Origin: Citromicrobium sp.
GTDB taxonomy: Bacteria; Pseudomonadota; Alphaproteobacteria; Sphingomonadales; Sphingomonadaceae
Length of the DNA: 64,000 nt
Direction of reading: 5' to 3'
Assembly (NCBI GenBank): GCA_003248395.1
Contig: QFNA01000006.1
Span: 246-64,245, forward strand
Made by a program: the position numbers and the translations under genes. Shown here piece after piece: positions 62,401 to 64,000 of the stretch; within the stretch, counting starts at the first letter, position 1; each line of letters begins with the position of its first letter. The notes beneath the pieces are model-generated. The model saw nothing but the letters and a program-made list of their open reading frames with translations, did no database searches and was not told where the DNA came from.

Positions 62401-62748
62401 TGAGCGCCCCTTCCACCGCAATGCAATACGAAGGGCGCCTAGGCGCGCCGAGTTTCAGTTTTCAGTCGGTTTCATTAAATTTCGTTAATGTTCGCCAATC
62501 TGAGAGTTGGATTTCCCGCATAACCGGTTGGTTTGATCCAATTGATTAGGTCAGTTGGAGGTGTTTAGTCCGCTCTTAGATGCCCGGCGGATTATCTTGA
62601 ACGGCCGCAATTAGGGCGCAAAGCTGCTGTTGAAAGGCAAAAGGGCAAGCGGCAGAAAACCACCCCACCTCGCACATTCCATTTTCCTACACGCCGCGCC
62701 GTTGCTAGCTTCGCATCGGCTCTTTGAAACCTGAATACCACGGCAAAC

Positions 62749-62780
62749 CGCGGGGCACCCTTTGGAAAGGGCACCCCGCG
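62749..62780 (-). terminator. Terminator-like hairpin downstream of the acyl-CoA dehydrogenase gene
   Basis: Minus strand CGGGGTGCCCTTT-CC-AAAGGGTGCCCCG (two G-U pairs) followed by a weak T tract. Confidence 0.65.
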
Positions 62781-62828
62781 CATGTGTTTCATCAACTAAA
62801 GTCCCGGCGTGACGCCGCGACTCGGCGA

Positions 62829-64000
62829 TTATGCCGCCGTCTGGAAGGCCTCTTCGCCCAGCGCCATCATGCTGTCGCTGCCCGCCTCCAGCTTGCGGCG
62901 CAGCGCTCCGGCGTCGGGCAGGTAACGGTCCATGTAATAACGCGCGGTGGCGAGTTTCTGTTCGTAAAAAGCCTCGTCGTCGCCCGCATCGCCCAGCTTC
63001 GCCTGCGCCACCTTGGCCATCTTGAGCCACATCAGGCCCAGCGTCACGATGCCCATCATATGCATGTAGTGATGCGCGCCCGCACCCAGATGGTTGGGGT
63101 TCTGCATCGCGTTCTGCATGAACCACATGGTCGCGGCCTGCTGCTGGCCCAGCGCCTTTTCGAGCTGCTCCGCCATACCCTTGAGCTCTTCGACGTCCTT
63201 CGCCGCGGCGATTTCCTCGCCGACATGCTTGAAGAAGGCCTGCACGGCAGCCCCGCCCTTCTGCGCCAGCTTGCGGCCACACAGGTCCATCGCCTGCACG
63301 CCGTTGGTGCCTTCGTAAATCTGGGCAATGCGCGCATCGCGGACGAACTGGCTCATGCCCCATTCCTCGATATAGCCATGGCCGCCGAAGACCTGCTGCA
63401 TGTTGGTGGCGACCTCGTAACCCTTGTCGGTGCCATAGCCCTTGATGACCGGGGTCATCAGGCCGAGCAGCAAGTCGGCTTCCTCGCGCTCTTCCTCGGT
63501 CTGCGCCTTGTGCGTCAGGTCGACCAGCAATCCGCCCCACAGCGCCAGCGCGCGCATCCCTTCGGTAAAGGCCTTGGCGTCCATCAGCATCCGGCGGACA
63601 TCGGGGTGGACGAAGATTGGATCGGCCTGCTGCTCGGGTTCTGCCGGGCCAGTCAGCGCCCTGCCCTGGCGCCGATCGAGCGCGTAGGCGACGGCGTTCT
63701 GGTAGGCGACCTCGGCCTGGCTGAGGCCCTGGATACCGACACCGAGACGCGCGGCGTTCATCATGATGAACATGGCGGCGAGGCCCTTGTTCTCCTCGCC
63801 GACGAGCCAGCCTTTCGCTCCGTCGTAGTTCAGCACGCAGGTCGAATTGCCGTGGATGCCCATCTTTTCTTCGATGGAGCCGCACATCACGCCATTGCGC
63901 TCGCCCAGCGAACCATCTTCCTCGACCAGGAACTTGGGCACCACGAACAGCGAAATGCCCTTGCTGCTGTCGGGCGCGCCCGGCGTCTTGGCGAGGACGA
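62829..64000 (-). CDS. Acyl-CoA dehydrogenase, 3' part (5' end outside window)
   Basis: KGISLFVVPK, EEKMGIHG, QVFGGHGYIEE, IYEGTNGVQA. Confidence 0.93.
   Translation of the reverse strand, partial: VLAKTPGAPDSSKGISLFVVPKFLVEEDGSLGERNGVMCGSIEEKMGIHGNSTCVLNYDGAKGWLVGEENKGLAAMFIMMNAARLGVGIQGLSQAEVAYQNAVAYALDRRQGRALTGPAEPEQQADPIFVHPDVRRMLMDAKAFTEGMRALALWGGLLVDLTHKAQTEEEREEADLLLGLMTPVIKGYGTDKGYEVATNMQQVFGGHGYIEEWGMSQFVRDARIAQIYEGTNGVQAMDLCGRKLAQKGGAAVQAFFKHVGEEIAAAKDVEELKGMAEQLEKALGQQQAATMWFMQNAMQNPNHLGAGAHHYMHMMGIVTLGLMWLKMAKVAQAKLGDAGDDEAFYEQKLATARYYMDRYLPDAGALRRKLEAGSDSMMALGEEAFQTAA

Noticed and set aside
62480..62493. LexA box or canonical PHO box upstream of the phosphatase operon
   Set aside because: Spacing is 10 bp, not the 11 bp both motifs need.

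Overview
High-GC alphaproteobacterial chromosome segment. Gene content and order suggest Erythrobacteraceae/Sphingomonadales (inference). Positions 1-1889 are the right end of a lower-GC genomic island: an IS1182-type transposase 5' end, a decayed thermonuclease, tandem integrase-arm-like repeats and a tRNA-Ser 3'-end duplication. About 1.9-52.1 kb is mostly core genome: kefC, lpdA/pdhC, rnr, proS, phaR, alr, radA, dnaKJ, grpE-hrcA, rph-rdgB, hemW-xerC, gshB, rsmI, parE, moxR/VWA, tyrS, cysK. Between cysK and an acyl-CoA dehydrogenase (52.1-62.7 kb) is an accessory block. It holds (i) a HEPN-like/double zinc-ribbon gene plus a TPR-like gene, bracketed by degenerate repeats, and (ii) a four-gene TonB-dependent receptor operon with two phosphatases and a Tat-type Asp-box protein, a candidate organophosphate-scavenging system. 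lpdA, parE and a DUF885 gene each lack a short conserved internal segment and are frameshifted there, probably an assembly artefact. pdhC carries an in-frame palindromic repeat in its linker. No rRNA, intact tRNA or CRISPR array was seen.
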